Assembly: GCA_042218075.1 (NCBI GenBank)
Contig: JBDGRK010000023.1
Location: 22,111-41,536, forward strand
Length of the DNA stretch: 19,426 nt
Reading direction: 5' to 3'
Source of the DNA: Candidatus Nanohaloarchaea archaeon
GTDB lineage: Archaea; Nanohalarchaeota; Nanosalinia; Nanosalinales; Nanosalinaceae
Shown here: positions 1 through 8,051 of the stretch, piece after piece
Numbering within the stretch: position 1 is the first letter of the stretch
Layout of the letters: each line of letters starts with the position of its first letter
The notes under the pieces: generated by a model
Told to the model about the DNA's origin: nothing
Seen by the model: the letters and a program-made list of their open reading frames with translations, nothing else
The model's database searches: none
Program-made: the position numbers and the translations under genes

Positions 1-1
1 T

Positions 2-67
2 GCTGATCCTGGTGACGGCGTTGAAATCGCAGTTTTAGAAGTCAAGAGGGTGAAATCTAATGATTGA
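2..67 (+). CDS. 3' end of a truncated hypothetical protein (...ADPGDGVEIAVLEVKRVKSND)
   Basis: Open frame from the window edge to TGA at 65-67, overlapping the next ATG like neighbouring genes. Confidence 0.55.
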   Translation, partial: ADPGDGVEIAVLEVKRVKSND

Positions 68-149
68 AACAGCTGGAGGATTACTTCTCGGATTCATACT
101 CGGCAACATATGGGCTAAGGTAGATCTGGAGGAGAAAGATGATGAGTAA
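60..149 (+). CDS. 29-aa single-TM microprotein (MIETAGGLLLGFILGNIWAKVDLEEKDDE), not in ORF track
   Basis: SD-like GAGGGTGA upstream, hydrophobic helix plus acidic tail, carries the GGAGG SD of the next gene. Confidence 0.6.
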   Translation: MIETAGGLLLGFILGNIWAKVDLEEKDDE

Positions 150-423
150 AGCCGATATGCTGAACCGGTTTGAAAACATCCTCGACGAGTTTGATGGAGA
201 GTTTAAAGAGAACCATATCAACTACACTGGGGGCGATCCTGATAGACAGCACTATAGCAAAGTCAAAGATTGCGGTTGTACCCCTGACTTCCTGAACGGG
301 AACAGAGTAACAGTCGGAGACTATCAGCTGTCTATGCCTACTTGTCCTGTATGTGGTGAAGCGGTTAGAATCGAACTCACTAAAAAACTCTCAGAAGACT
401 CGGAGGTAAAAAATGATGAATGA
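139..423 (+). CDS. Hypothetical protein with CPxCG Zn-ribbon motif
   Basis: DCGC...CPVCG; GGAGG SD; overlaps next gene. Confidence 0.8.
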   Translation: MMSKADMLNRFENILDEFDGEFKENHINYTGGDPDRQHYSKVKDCGCTPDFLNGNRVTVGDYQLSMPTCPVCGEAVRIELTKKLSEDSEVKNDE

Positions 424-838
424 TACTGATCAGGAGAAAGAGTTTGAAGAAAAAATTGTTGATAGGATTAACAATCTGAAAAAGAGAAGGAACGAGATTG
501 CAAGAAAGCATGGACACACTGACCGAATGCAAGAAGTTGATGATAGAGTTCAGACCCTCCAAGAAGAACTCACAAGAGCGACTGGTAAGCAATTACACGA
601 ATTTGACTTGACTGAACCCGAAGTTCTCAGTAATGTTCTTCATGATTACGAGCAGAGAGCTGTAAGCTGGGACTGTGAGAAACCTGATTGCGGCACAAGA
701 CGAAAGGGTGTTTCCGCAGGAGCTTACGGTACTGAAGAAGAGGTTGAATCAGGATTTGTTAGATGCAGGATCTGCGGCGACAGCGTCCATTTGGTAAAAT
801 CTGATTCAGAAGATGTGGAGATGACAACTGATGAGTGA
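413..838 (+). CDS. Coiled-coil plus C-terminal Zn-ribbon protein
   Basis: N-terminal heptad-like helices; CEKPDC...CRICG; GGAGGT SD. Confidence 0.8.
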   Translation: MMNDTDQEKEFEEKIVDRINNLKKRRNEIARKHGHTDRMQEVDDRVQTLQEELTRATGKQLHEFDLTEPEVLSNVLHDYEQRAVSWDCEKPDCGTRRKGVSAGAYGTEEEVESGFVRCRICGDSVHLVKSDSEDVEMTTDE

Positions 839-1022
839 GGTTTACGGTTGTCTCCAAGACCGTTTCCAATGCACATGCGGGACTACTCTCGTACTAATGG
901 ACAAAGAAGGACTGTCCACTCCAGAGACTATGAAGTGCCACAGCTGCGGGAAGGTCTACGACTTCGAAATCACTCTATCAAACCCTCGCTACCCAGATCA
1001 GACCGAGGTGGTAACTGATTGA
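831..1022 (+). CDS. Small Zn-finger protein
   Basis: CTCG...CHSCG motifs; coupled to upstream gene. Confidence 0.8.
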   Translation: MSEVYGCLQDRFQCTCGTTLVLMDKEGLSTPETMKCHSCGKVYDFEITLSNPRYPDQTEVVTD

Positions 1023-1227
1023 GGTAACAGGATACTTTGTCGACGATCAGTACGCCGCCTCAGCCCGAGAACTCGCACAAGGCGACGAAGCCTACATCAA
1101 CATGGTGATTCACGAGGTCCCGGACTACATTGAAAGGCATGAAGACTGTCTGTCTGTGACGCAGGAAATGGATTTAAGTGAGTTAGCGAATCGGCAGTTG
1201 GAGCCTGAGGATGGTGATAGGCGGTGA
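1015..1227 (+). CDS. 70-aa acidic hypothetical protein with apparent CTG (or ATT at 1018) start, not in ORF track
   Basis: Open frame (M)IEVTGYFVDDQYAASARELAQGDEAYINMVIHEVPDY...EDGDRR; GAGGTG SD at 1005-1010; in-frame TAA immediately before CTG. Confidence 0.65.
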   Translation: MIEVTGYFVDDQYAASARELAQGDEAYINMVIHEVPDYIERHEDCLSVTQEMDLSELANRQLEPEDGDRR

Positions 1228-1291
1228 GCATTAGAACCATTACGCCTGCGCATAGGTGTTCCCTTCCCCGTGCTCACCGCTCACCAAATCC
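1209..1291 (+). promoter_or_regulatory. Long RNA stem-loop in the early operon
   Basis: Perfect 10-bp IR GCGGTGAGCA (1221-1230)/TGCTCACCGC (1271-1280), extended by GGTGA/TCACC and GGAT/ATCC; inner hairpin 1242-1259. Confidence 0.5.
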
Positions 1292-1324
1292 GAACATGTT
1301 ATCTAATGAAGAAGGTGATAATTA

Positions 1325-1843
1325 GTGAGATGGATATGCCAAAGACATGAAAATGAAGTAATAGTAAAATCGGATGAAAAAATTGATCCTAATTGTCCTA
1401 AGTGCGGAGCCAAAATGCAGGTTGAAGAAGTTGCAACTCTATCTGTAACAGTTAATGGGCCATATATTGATGAAAAGGGAGCTGTGCAGATAGGAGATGG
1501 TTACGATGAAATTCTTCTCTCGGATATTGAATCGGTTTTAGAGTGGTTACAGAACAAGACAGATGAAGACTCAGAATTTGAAAAATCTAGTTTAGTAGAA
1601 GAACTAGAAGATAAGCTTGAGTATGGGATTGCTGCCTCAAAGATTTCACTAGCTGATGTAGGTCAACCTGTCAAATGCGAAGAGTGTAGTAAGCAATTCT
1701 ATAAGTGCAGTGTTTGTGGAAGAGGCTTTGATACCGATCATGGTTTGAGAGTCCATAAAGGAACACAAGACCATTGGAAGTCTGAAGATGCTATGAAATC
1801 TGATTTAGAAGATATGCACAAGTCATCTGGTGATAGCCAATGA
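1325..1843 (+). CDS. Multi-Zn-finger protein with an archaeal C2H2 finger
   Basis: CQRH...CPKCG, CEEC, CSVCGRGFDTDHGLRVHKGTQDH; GTG start with AGGTGA SD. Confidence 0.85.
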   Translation: MRWICQRHENEVIVKSDEKIDPNCPKCGAKMQVEEVATLSVTVNGPYIDEKGAVQIGDGYDEILLSDIESVLEWLQNKTDEDSEFEKSSLVEELEDKLEYGIAASKISLADVGQPVKCEECSKQFYKCSVCGRGFDTDHGLRVHKGTQDHWKSEDAMKSDLEDMHKSSGDSQ

Positions 1844-2238
1844 CGAGTAATGAGTCTAGGAATTATGCTCAAGGACTTACAAATGTAGAAAGTAAGAATT
1901 TGACAAAGACAATATTTGATATAGTAAATAATAGCAATGGTATCTCTCCCAGTGAGGTTAACGAAATTCTAGACTGTTCTTATAGTGCTGTGAGAAATAT
2001 TATGTCTGCATTTCAAAGGAAAGGTTTAGCAACTGTTGAAAAGGAAGGACGAATTCACTATTATTATCCAACAGAGAAGAGTGATAGGCTGCTTTTAAAA
2101 TATAATGATATTCGAAGATATAATATGCTCATTGAAAGATATCAGGAGGAAATAGAATCTGTTAAAGAAGACATAGAGAGGATGGTTGAAAAATCAGGAG
2201 ATATGGGTAAGAAAACTGGTGAGGATAATGGAGAGTGA
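1840..2238 (+). CDS. Winged-helix HTH DNA-binding protein with C-terminal coiled coil
   Basis: ISPSEVNEILDCSYSAVRNIMSAFQRKGLATVEKEGRIHYYYPT matches the wHTH pattern. Confidence 0.85.
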   Translation: MTSNESRNYAQGLTNVESKNLTKTIFDIVNNSNGISPSEVNEILDCSYSAVRNIMSAFQRKGLATVEKEGRIHYYYPTEKSDRLLLKYNDIRRYNMLIERYQEEIESVKEDIERMVEKSGDMGKKTGEDNGE

Positions 2239-2542
2239 CGAAATAGATCTCGGAAATCTTGACGACATATTACTTGAAGCGTCTTTCCAGAGAGGAACAG
2301 GTTCAGCCTGTCAAGACCGGGTATTCCGACAGTTCGGTGCTTTCGTCCAAGATATGAGTAGATATCTGGTATGGCCGGACAGACACGAAGGACCGCCATT
2401 CGAGGATGTAAAGAACCAGATTATAGTTGACAATTGGCGGCCTACAGATTTCAAAACCTACGTTGAACTATTCACTAAATACGAGTTCGACATCAAAGCA
2501 GAAGATTTGGAAAACAAAACTACTGAAGGTGATAAGGAGTGA
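2228..2542 (+). CDS. Hypothetical protein (start probably ATG 2228, MESDEIDL..., not 2186)
   Basis: GGTGAGGA SD before ATG 2228; acidic; overlaps both neighbours. Confidence 0.75.
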   Translation: MESDEIDLGNLDDILLEASFQRGTGSACQDRVFRQFGAFVQDMSRYLVWPDRHEGPPFEDVKNQIIVDNWRPTDFKTYVELFTKYEFDIKAEDLENKTTEGDKE

Positions 2543-2673
2543 CCTGTCCTGCTTGTGGAGAGGGTGGCGTGATAGAAGAACCTGATGAAGAAAGCTTTGA
2601 TGCTTTTGATCCTGAAGATCCGCCTTGGGATTATGGATGCAGACATTGCGGTTATGCTTGGTCCGAGGATTAA
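2539..2673 (+). CDS. 44-aa CPxCG Zn-ribbon microprotein (MTCPACGEGG...GCRHCGYAWSED), not in ORF track
   Basis: GTGA overlap with upstream stop, AGGTGA SD, two CxxCG motifs. Confidence 0.8.
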   Translation: MTCPACGEGGVIEEPDEESFDAFDPEDPPWDYGCRHCGYAWSED

Positions 2674-2691
2674 ATTTTCTTCATATATCTG

Positions 2692-2708
2692 GAAAAGGTA
2701 TATAAAAG
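2692..2708 (+). promoter_or_regulatory. Archaeal BRE/TATA promoter, leaderless transcript
   Basis: GAAAAGG-TATATAAAA with the TATA box ending about 22 nt before ATG 2729. Confidence 0.65.
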
Positions 2709-2728
2709 ACAAAAGTCATTAGATATAT

Positions 2729-2998
2729 ATGGAAAAACAAGTTACACTCACAGACCTTAGATCCGGGGACAAAGTTCTCTGGGGTCAAAGAAAAGAACCA
2801 CTAAAAGTCAAAGAAACAGTGTTCAAAGACGGACTCAAAGCAGTGACTTTAGAGAGCAACCGAGGAAAAGGATACACACTGATAGCAAATGAACTTGCTG
2901 AAGGTACTGTTGAAAGACCTAAAATCACACCTCGTGAAAGAGCCAAAGCACCTGTAGCAAGAAATCTCAGGAAAGTGGTAGACGATGGAAGAAATTAA
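2729..2998 (+). CDS. Small basic beta-rich (SH3/KOW-like) hypothetical protein
   Basis: LTDLRSGDKVLW...LKVKE...VTLESNRGKGYTL pattern; own promoter. Confidence 0.75.
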   Translation: MEKQVTLTDLRSGDKVLWGQRKEPLKVKETVFKDGLKAVTLESNRGKGYTLIANELAEGTVERPKITPRERAKAPVARNLRKVVDDGRN

Positions 2999-3266
2999 AG
3001 TCCCGATCTCAGCTTCAGTAATGAAGCGATGGAGAGAGTACGAACGTCCTAGTTGGGAGGACGACAACAGACCCAATGACCATGTCTACACTATTCTTCA
3101 GAGATACAAGACCAGGGTCCACATCAAAAACGAAGAAGAGCTGGATACAGTGATGAAGAGCCTGAACTACTGGAAGACCGCAATATCCGATATGTGGAAT
3201 GCAAACAAGCAGACCGAGCAGGCTCTACAAGATGTGGCTCGAAAAATAGAATCAGAGGTTCAATAG
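2985..3266 (+). CDS. Hypothetical protein
   Basis: 93-aa ORF overlapping upstream gene, typical composition. Confidence 0.75.
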   Translation: MEEIKVPISASVMKRWREYERPSWEDDNRPNDHVYTILQRYKTRVHIKNEEELDTVMKSLNYWKTAISDMWNANKQTEQALQDVARKIESEVQ

Positions 3267-3297
3267 ATATGGACTCGACAACTGGTGAAGACTCGTA

Positions 3298-3507
3298 ATG
3301 GATTACGACTACTGGAACAACCATCTAAGCATGATAGGCGGAACTCTAATCGCATGGCCGATCACCTACGCGGCCTACGTCAATAAACCCGGAATCGAAC
3401 CTACTGCCCGACTCATTGTACTAGCTCTCTTCGGTATCCCTGCGGTGCTTGGAACACTGCATATAGGGAAAGAGCTGTACAAAGGACTCAAAAAGAGGCT
3501 TTGGTAG
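3298..3507 (+). CDS. Small two-TM membrane protein
   Basis: Two hydrophobic helices, basic C-tail, GGTGA SD. Confidence 0.75.
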   Translation: MDYDYWNNHLSMIGGTLIAWPITYAAYVNKPGIEPTARLIVLALFGIPAVLGTLHIGKELYKGLKKRLW

Positions 3508-3544
3508 GTATGGAATCGAAATCTAATGAAAGAGGTGATATATA

Positions 3545-4045
3545 GTGAGTGTCAAACAGGAATATAGGCAGCTGAAATCTGAGGAAGTCGGAGATACTGA
3601 AGTCGATATTTGGATGATGCCTGATCCTGAGACAGATACTCAGTTCTACAAGGCAGAGTGGGATAACGGCGAATACGAAGGCAGACGCAGTGATAAGCGG
3701 GACTTGATTTTGTTCTTGAGAAGATTAGAGATTAAGGCCGATGAACCTGGTAAGATGCCGGAAGGAGAGTTTACCGACGAAGATGATGTTGATATGGGCG
3801 AGATTATACTGGAAGCTCAGATAAGGGATATGTCTAAAGAAGAGGTGGAGATGCAGCTACAGAATTCTTTAGCTGAAAAGAATTTTCTACAGGGAATAGT
3901 TTCTAAGATTCGGAGATTAGATTTCACAGAAGAAGAAAAGCAGCGTTTGCTACCTACTCTGAAGATGGAATTAGAAGCTACTAAATCTCGAATCGACGTT
4001 TTGCGAGACAAGCATGAGAAAACTACTGAAGGTGAGGAAGAGTGA
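3545..4045 (+). CDS. Acidic hypothetical protein with C-terminal coiled coil
   Basis: 166-aa ORF, GAGGTGA SD, GTG start. Confidence 0.8.
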   Translation: MSVKQEYRQLKSEEVGDTEVDIWMMPDPETDTQFYKAEWDNGEYEGRRSDKRDLILFLRRLEIKADEPGKMPEGEFTDEDDVDMGEIILEAQIRDMSKEEVEMQLQNSLAEKNFLQGIVSKIRRLDFTEEEKQRLLPTLKMELEATKSRIDVLRDKHEKTTEGEEE

Positions 4046-4200
4046 TTGAAGTAATTTCTTCTTTGGTATTCGCACTATACTGTCTGTGGATATTCTTCAA
4101 TGATGCTCACGGCAACTTCAAAACCAAGACCTCAATCTTGTTCCTAGCTGCTGGAACTCTAGCTTGGATTATGATTCAGATGGCGGCTAAACAGATTTGA
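4042..4200 (+). CDS. 52-aa two-TM protein (MIEVISSLVFALYCLWIFF...AAKQI), not in ORF track
   Basis: GTGA overlap, AGGTGAGG SD, two hydrophobic segments. Confidence 0.7.
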   Translation: MIEVISSLVFALYCLWIFFNDAHGNFKTKTSILFLAAGTLAWIMIQMAAKQI

Positions 4201-4253
4201 AATCGAAAAGCGGTGAGATTCAGACTTAAAAAAGAACGAATAGCACAGGGCGG

Positions 4254-4427
4254 CTATTTGTCGGCGCGTTCAAACTCTTTCACGCACTTCATACATTTCT
4301 CTATGCCTTGATGTTCTTCGAAGTAGACGTGACTGTGAAGTTGGTTGCCGTCAACGGTGAGATCTTCTAGTTGGCTGCGTGTCCGTCCGCAGACGCTGCA
4401 TTGCCTCTTTTCTTCATCTTTTGTCAT
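4254..4427 (-). CDS. 57-aa Zn-finger protein (start probably ATG at 4427, MTKDEEKRQCSVCG...CMKC)
   Basis: Two CxxC motifs; minus-strand TTTTATAAA box at about 4462-4470; T-run downstream at about 4228-4233. Confidence 0.7.
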   Translation of the reverse strand: MTKDEEKRQCSVCGRTRSQLEDLTVDGNQLHSHVYFEEHQGIEKCMKCVKEFERADK

Positions 4428-4570
4428 CTGCTGTGGTCTGTAACAGGTTTTCTCACAGCAGTTTATAAAAGAAAACCCTGGCTGAGCTGAAATCGAATTT
4501 ATGAACACAGCCGATATTATTAAAACCTTTAAAAAGAGTGCTAACTAATTACTTATCACGAAAGTCATCG

Positions 4571-4714
4571 ATGGGAACAGCACAGATAGACGACCAAATC
4601 CTAAGAAAAGTAAGAGAAGAAGTAGTCAACGAAAACTACAACATAAAAGACGTAATGAACAAATCCGTCCGCAGAGCATTCCTCGAAGGTGAACTAGATC
4701 TCGACCTCCCATAA
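4571..4714 (+). CDS. 47-aa ribbon-helix-helix (CopG/Arc-like) regulator, not in ORF track
   Basis: MGTAQIDDQILRKVREEVVNENYNIKDVMNKSVRRAFLEG fits beta-alpha-alpha RHH spacing; TTTAAA box at 4528-4533 upstream. Confidence 0.7.
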   Translation: MGTAQIDDQILRKVREEVVNENYNIKDVMNKSVRRAFLEGELDLDLP

Positions 4715-6431
4715 AAAACTACTCACAGCCGCAGCCACACTACTACTCACAGCAACAGCCGCAGCCACACTCACCGCCGACTACACCCCGCAGAAAACAC
4801 AGATAGAACCCGGAAAAAACACACAGATCGGCACCCTAACCCTCACCGCCGAAAACACATCCTATCAATCCGTTACTATCAACAACAACTTCAAATTCAC
4901 ACTCAAGCCCTCCCAAAACCAGATCCAAATCCCAAGCAATACCTCGAAAAACATCACTATCAACGCCTCAACCACAAAGACATTCCCGCCAGGAGAATAC
5001 ACCGGGAAACTCACTGCAACCGCAGGCAACAACGACAAAGCGGAAAAAGAAATCTCTCTCACAGTCCAAGAAAATACGTCCTTCGCAGCCACCAAAACCA
5101 GTCTAAACAAAAATATATCCGTCGGAAGCCAAGGCAGCCTCGGAAACACTTCGGTCTACCTCTTGAAAAATGACCAGGAACAGACAATCCGAACCAGTGT
5201 TTCAGGGAACATCTCAAGCTACATCTCTGTGCCAAGCCAGTTCAGAGTCTACAGCTACGACAACTACACCTTGACACCGACCTACCAAGTCGGAGCCAAC
5301 CAAAAATTCGGATACTACACCGGAAACATCACGCTAACCGGCGACACCTTCAACCAGACAATCCAATTGAACGCAGAATTCATCGACGACACACCACCCG
5401 TCATTGACTCGGTGTCCGTCCCTGATGTAATGGCAACCCAGAAAAACACGTTCCAAGTCGACGCCACAGACAACCTCAACATATCAAAGGTAGAAGCCGA
5501 AGTCTTCCGACGACAATCCGTGCAGAGAAACAACCAAACCGTTTACATCAACAAATCTGTTGCCTCATTCCAGCTACCTAGGGAAAGCACTGCAAGCACA
5601 TCATTCAGCAGCCAGTTCTCAAAGACCAGCGAGATAGGAACCTACTGGGCGAACATCACAGTCACCGACACCTCCAACAACACCGCAAAAAATCTACAGC
5701 AATTCAAGGTACAAGGCCTGAACACCACACACGTACTATCAGAGAACTTCCGGCTGGACGCCGTCGAACCCGGCACAAAAGCCGAAGAAACCTTCCTCAA
5801 AATCGACTCACCAACCGAAGTCACACTACAACTGCAAAACTTCACACACGAAAAAAGCAACTCATCCATAACAGTCGGAATCAGAAAACCCGGAGACCAA
5901 GTCGACACAGAATTCTCCAACCTAACCGGCACCAGCCAAATCACAGTCAATCAAGAAGGAGTATACACACTTGTCGTCGAAACCGACAAAAACCAAGATG
6001 ACTACGAAGGCCAGATCAAGGTAATCCCGCCAAAGCAGCACTTCAATATTCCAACCGTCAGGTTCGAAGGCAGCGTGATCGATCCGGAATACCCTGAACC
6101 GGAGAACTACAGCTTGGACGACTTCGAAGGCCGGATCTACTACGACTCCAGCGACGACACCGAGAAAGACAAGGTAATCTTCCACGGTGAAACCTCAGCG
6201 GAGGTATGCAAAGGCTTCGAATCATTCAAACAGTGCTTCGGTCAGGACTACAGCCTGAACTCAATCCCTGAAATCCAAAGCGAGAACAAGAAACTGCATA
6301 ACAGGGTCAGCCTGTACATGCTTGTTGCTGCAGGCAGCGTAATCGTCAACCTGCTGTTCGCAGCGGTTTTCATCCGAAATCAGAATCTAGGGGCGCAAGT
6401 CCCGACAGTTCCGTACACGGAGAAAAAATAG
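4698..6431 (+). CDS. 577-aa cell-surface/virion glycoprotein with signal peptide, Ig-like domains and C-terminal TM anchor; apparent ATC start (track starts it at 5163)
   Basis: Frame open from ATC 4698: (M)STSHKKLLTAAATLLLTATAAA signal peptide; GAAGGTGA SD 4685-4692; many NxS/T sequons; DDTPPVI...GTYWANITVTD Ig-like motif; C-terminal hydrophobic helix. Confidence 0.85.
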   Translation: MSTSHKKLLTAAATLLLTATAAATLTADYTPQKTQIEPGKNTQIGTLTLTAENTSYQSVTINNNFKFTLKPSQNQIQIPSNTSKNITINASTTKTFPPGEYTGKLTATAGNNDKAEKEISLTVQENTSFAATKTSLNKNISVGSQGSLGNTSVYLLKNDQEQTIRTSVSGNISSYISVPSQFRVYSYDNYTLTPTYQVGANQKFGYYTGNITLTGDTFNQTIQLNAEFIDDTPPVIDSVSVPDVMATQKNTFQVDATDNLNISKVEAEVFRRQSVQRNNQTVYINKSVASFQLPRESTASTSFSSQFSKTSEIGTYWANITVTDTSNNTAKNLQQFKVQGLNTTHVLSENFRLDAVEPGTKAEETFLKIDSPTEVTLQLQNFTHEKSNSSITVGIRKPGDQVDTEFSNLTGTSQITVNQEGVYTLVVETDKNQDDYEGQIKVIPPKQHFNIPTVRFEGSVIDPEYPEPENYSLDDFEGRIYYDSSDDTEKDKVIFHGETSAEVCKGFESFKQCFGQDYSLNSIPEIQSENKKLHNRVSLYMLVAAGSVIVNLLFAAVFIRNQNLGAQVPTVPYTEKK

Positions 6432-6435
6432 TACT

Positions 6436-6990
6436 ATGAGCGAAAAAGAACTTATCTACCTGTTCGATCTTACGCGAGGTCGTCAAGGCACTTTGGACGA
6501 AATTGTGGAAACCAATGAGAAAGGCTTCGATATCGAGCCAAGTAATGACGCGAAGGTTGACGAGGTGGTGAAGGTCAGTTTCTATCCGTCTCAGACACCG
6601 AATAAGGGGTTCCGTCAGTGGCTGAAAACAATACTTCCATTTACAGATACTTCGCGGGTTACGCAGGAGAAGTTTCCGAAATCTGCTGTGGAGAAGTTTG
6701 CATTGCCGTCGAGCATCAGCGATTACCCTGGTGCGCCGGACAAGATCTGTGTTATAAGTGAGAGGGAGACTGGTGCCCGCGATCTTGCTGAAATGATTGA
6801 TGCTCAGATAGATAACAAGGTCAGTAGCTTGCAGCAGAGGAAGGAGGAAGCTGAGACTGAGACGCAGAGAAAGGACTTTGAGAACTTGGATCAGAAGCAG
6901 GAGGATGACGATGAGTATGAACGCGGTCGTGGACGTGACCGCGGACTGTTTGAAGATGATTACGACAGACGTGACGAGGTGGTTAGGTAA
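6436..6990 (+). CDS. Hypothetical protein with coiled coil and acidic/Arg tail
   Basis: 184-aa ORF tightly packed in the operon. Confidence 0.85.
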   Translation: MSEKELIYLFDLTRGRQGTLDEIVETNEKGFDIEPSNDAKVDEVVKVSFYPSQTPNKGFRQWLKTILPFTDTSRVTQEKFPKSAVEKFALPSSISDYPGAPDKICVISERETGARDLAEMIDAQIDNKVSSLQQRKEEAETETQRKDFENLDQKQEDDDEYERGRGRDRGLFEDDYDRRDEVVR

Positions 6991-8046
6991 ATGACAGAGC
7001 TTGTATTGGAGAACTTGGACGCTACTAAAAGCCAGAAATTCCAGAAGAAGCTGGAGAAACTAGAGGAGGAGAAATGGACTCGTGATAACTTCCGTGAGAA
7101 AGCCCGAGAGGTAGAGAACGCCATACGGAATATTGATGACTACGTCACCGGTTTGCAGGATCAGTTTGACCGTATTGTAGGGAACGGCCAGTATGATTCT
7201 CGTATAGAGGAGATTGAAGATGAAGTTGATGAGTCGTTTGACATTGATGAGGTCCACAATCAGGTTATTCCGGGTACTCAGTATTTCACGGGAGTAAAGA
7301 AGGTCGGTGAGCTTCAGGAAGAGGCTCGTGTTATTGTTCAGAAGATTGTGGAGTGGCGTACTTTGCAGCTGCGTCTTTCACGGTTGAAGAGTAAGCGTTT
7401 GGAGGAGATTGCCTTGGGTTACAAGGATGAGTATGTGTCTTCTGAGGTCGCCAGCAACTTCGAGAAGTTTGCGGAGCAGATGATCGAGGAGAAGATGGAG
7501 CGGGCGAAGCAGGAAATCAAGATGGAGTTCAAGGAAGATGTTGCTGAGATTGAGAAATTGGCTCAGGCGATCCGTGAGGAGTCGAAGTTCTACCGTGATT
7601 GGCATGAGGAGTTCGGTGAAGTCTTGGTGACCTCTATCCCTGCTGGCGATGAAACCGGTTTGAATAAGGTCGGTGATTCGCCTTTGGATGAGGTTGCTAC
7701 TGAGGATGGAAGCATTGATTTGTCCGGTGATGAGAAGGCCAAGGAGGAACGTGAGAATGAGAGAGAGGAGGCTATGGATGAGATATCTCCTAGATCGGAC
7801 ACCAGTGAATCTTCGGAGGATGGATCTAGCTCGGATGTGAAATATGAGGTCCGAGGTAAATCGACTGAAGAGAAGATAGAGGTTTTTGAGAAGATGAGAG
7901 ATGAAGACGGAGTTGATCTTGCTTCAAAGAGTGTTCAGGATGTTGCTGAGATGACAGACGTATCTGCGCCTGCTTTCTACAAGGAAAACGGTATTTTGGA
8001 CAGTATTGAGGATGAGGTGGGGCATACCTTTGGTATACGGGGGTGA
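6991..8046 (+). CDS. Long coiled-coil acidic protein with C-terminal HTH
   Basis: E/K-rich helices; SVQDVAEMTDVSAPAFY resembles a TetR-type HTH; GAGGTG SD. Confidence 0.85.
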   Translation: MTELVLENLDATKSQKFQKKLEKLEEEKWTRDNFREKAREVENAIRNIDDYVTGLQDQFDRIVGNGQYDSRIEEIEDEVDESFDIDEVHNQVIPGTQYFTGVKKVGELQEEARVIVQKIVEWRTLQLRLSRLKSKRLEEIALGYKDEYVSSEVASNFEKFAEQMIEEKMERAKQEIKMEFKEDVAEIEKLAQAIREESKFYRDWHEEFGEVLVTSIPAGDETGLNKVGDSPLDEVATEDGSIDLSGDEKAKEERENEREEAMDEISPRSDTSESSEDGSSSDVKYEVRGKSTEEKIEVFEKMRDEDGVDLASKSVQDVAEMTDVSAPAFYKENGILDSIEDEVGHTFGIRG

Positions 8047-8051
8047 CGGGT

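Noticed and set aside
4718-4775. Direct repeat ACAGCCGCAGCCACACT resembling iterons or a CRISPR repeat
   Set aside because: Only two copies, and they encode the Leu/Thr/Ala signal peptide of the 577-aa protein
4698-6431. Pleolipovirus VP4-type fusogen/spike assignment
   Set aside because: Size and topology fit, but the sequence shows Ig-like stalk motifs and I recognise no VP4 features; left unassigned
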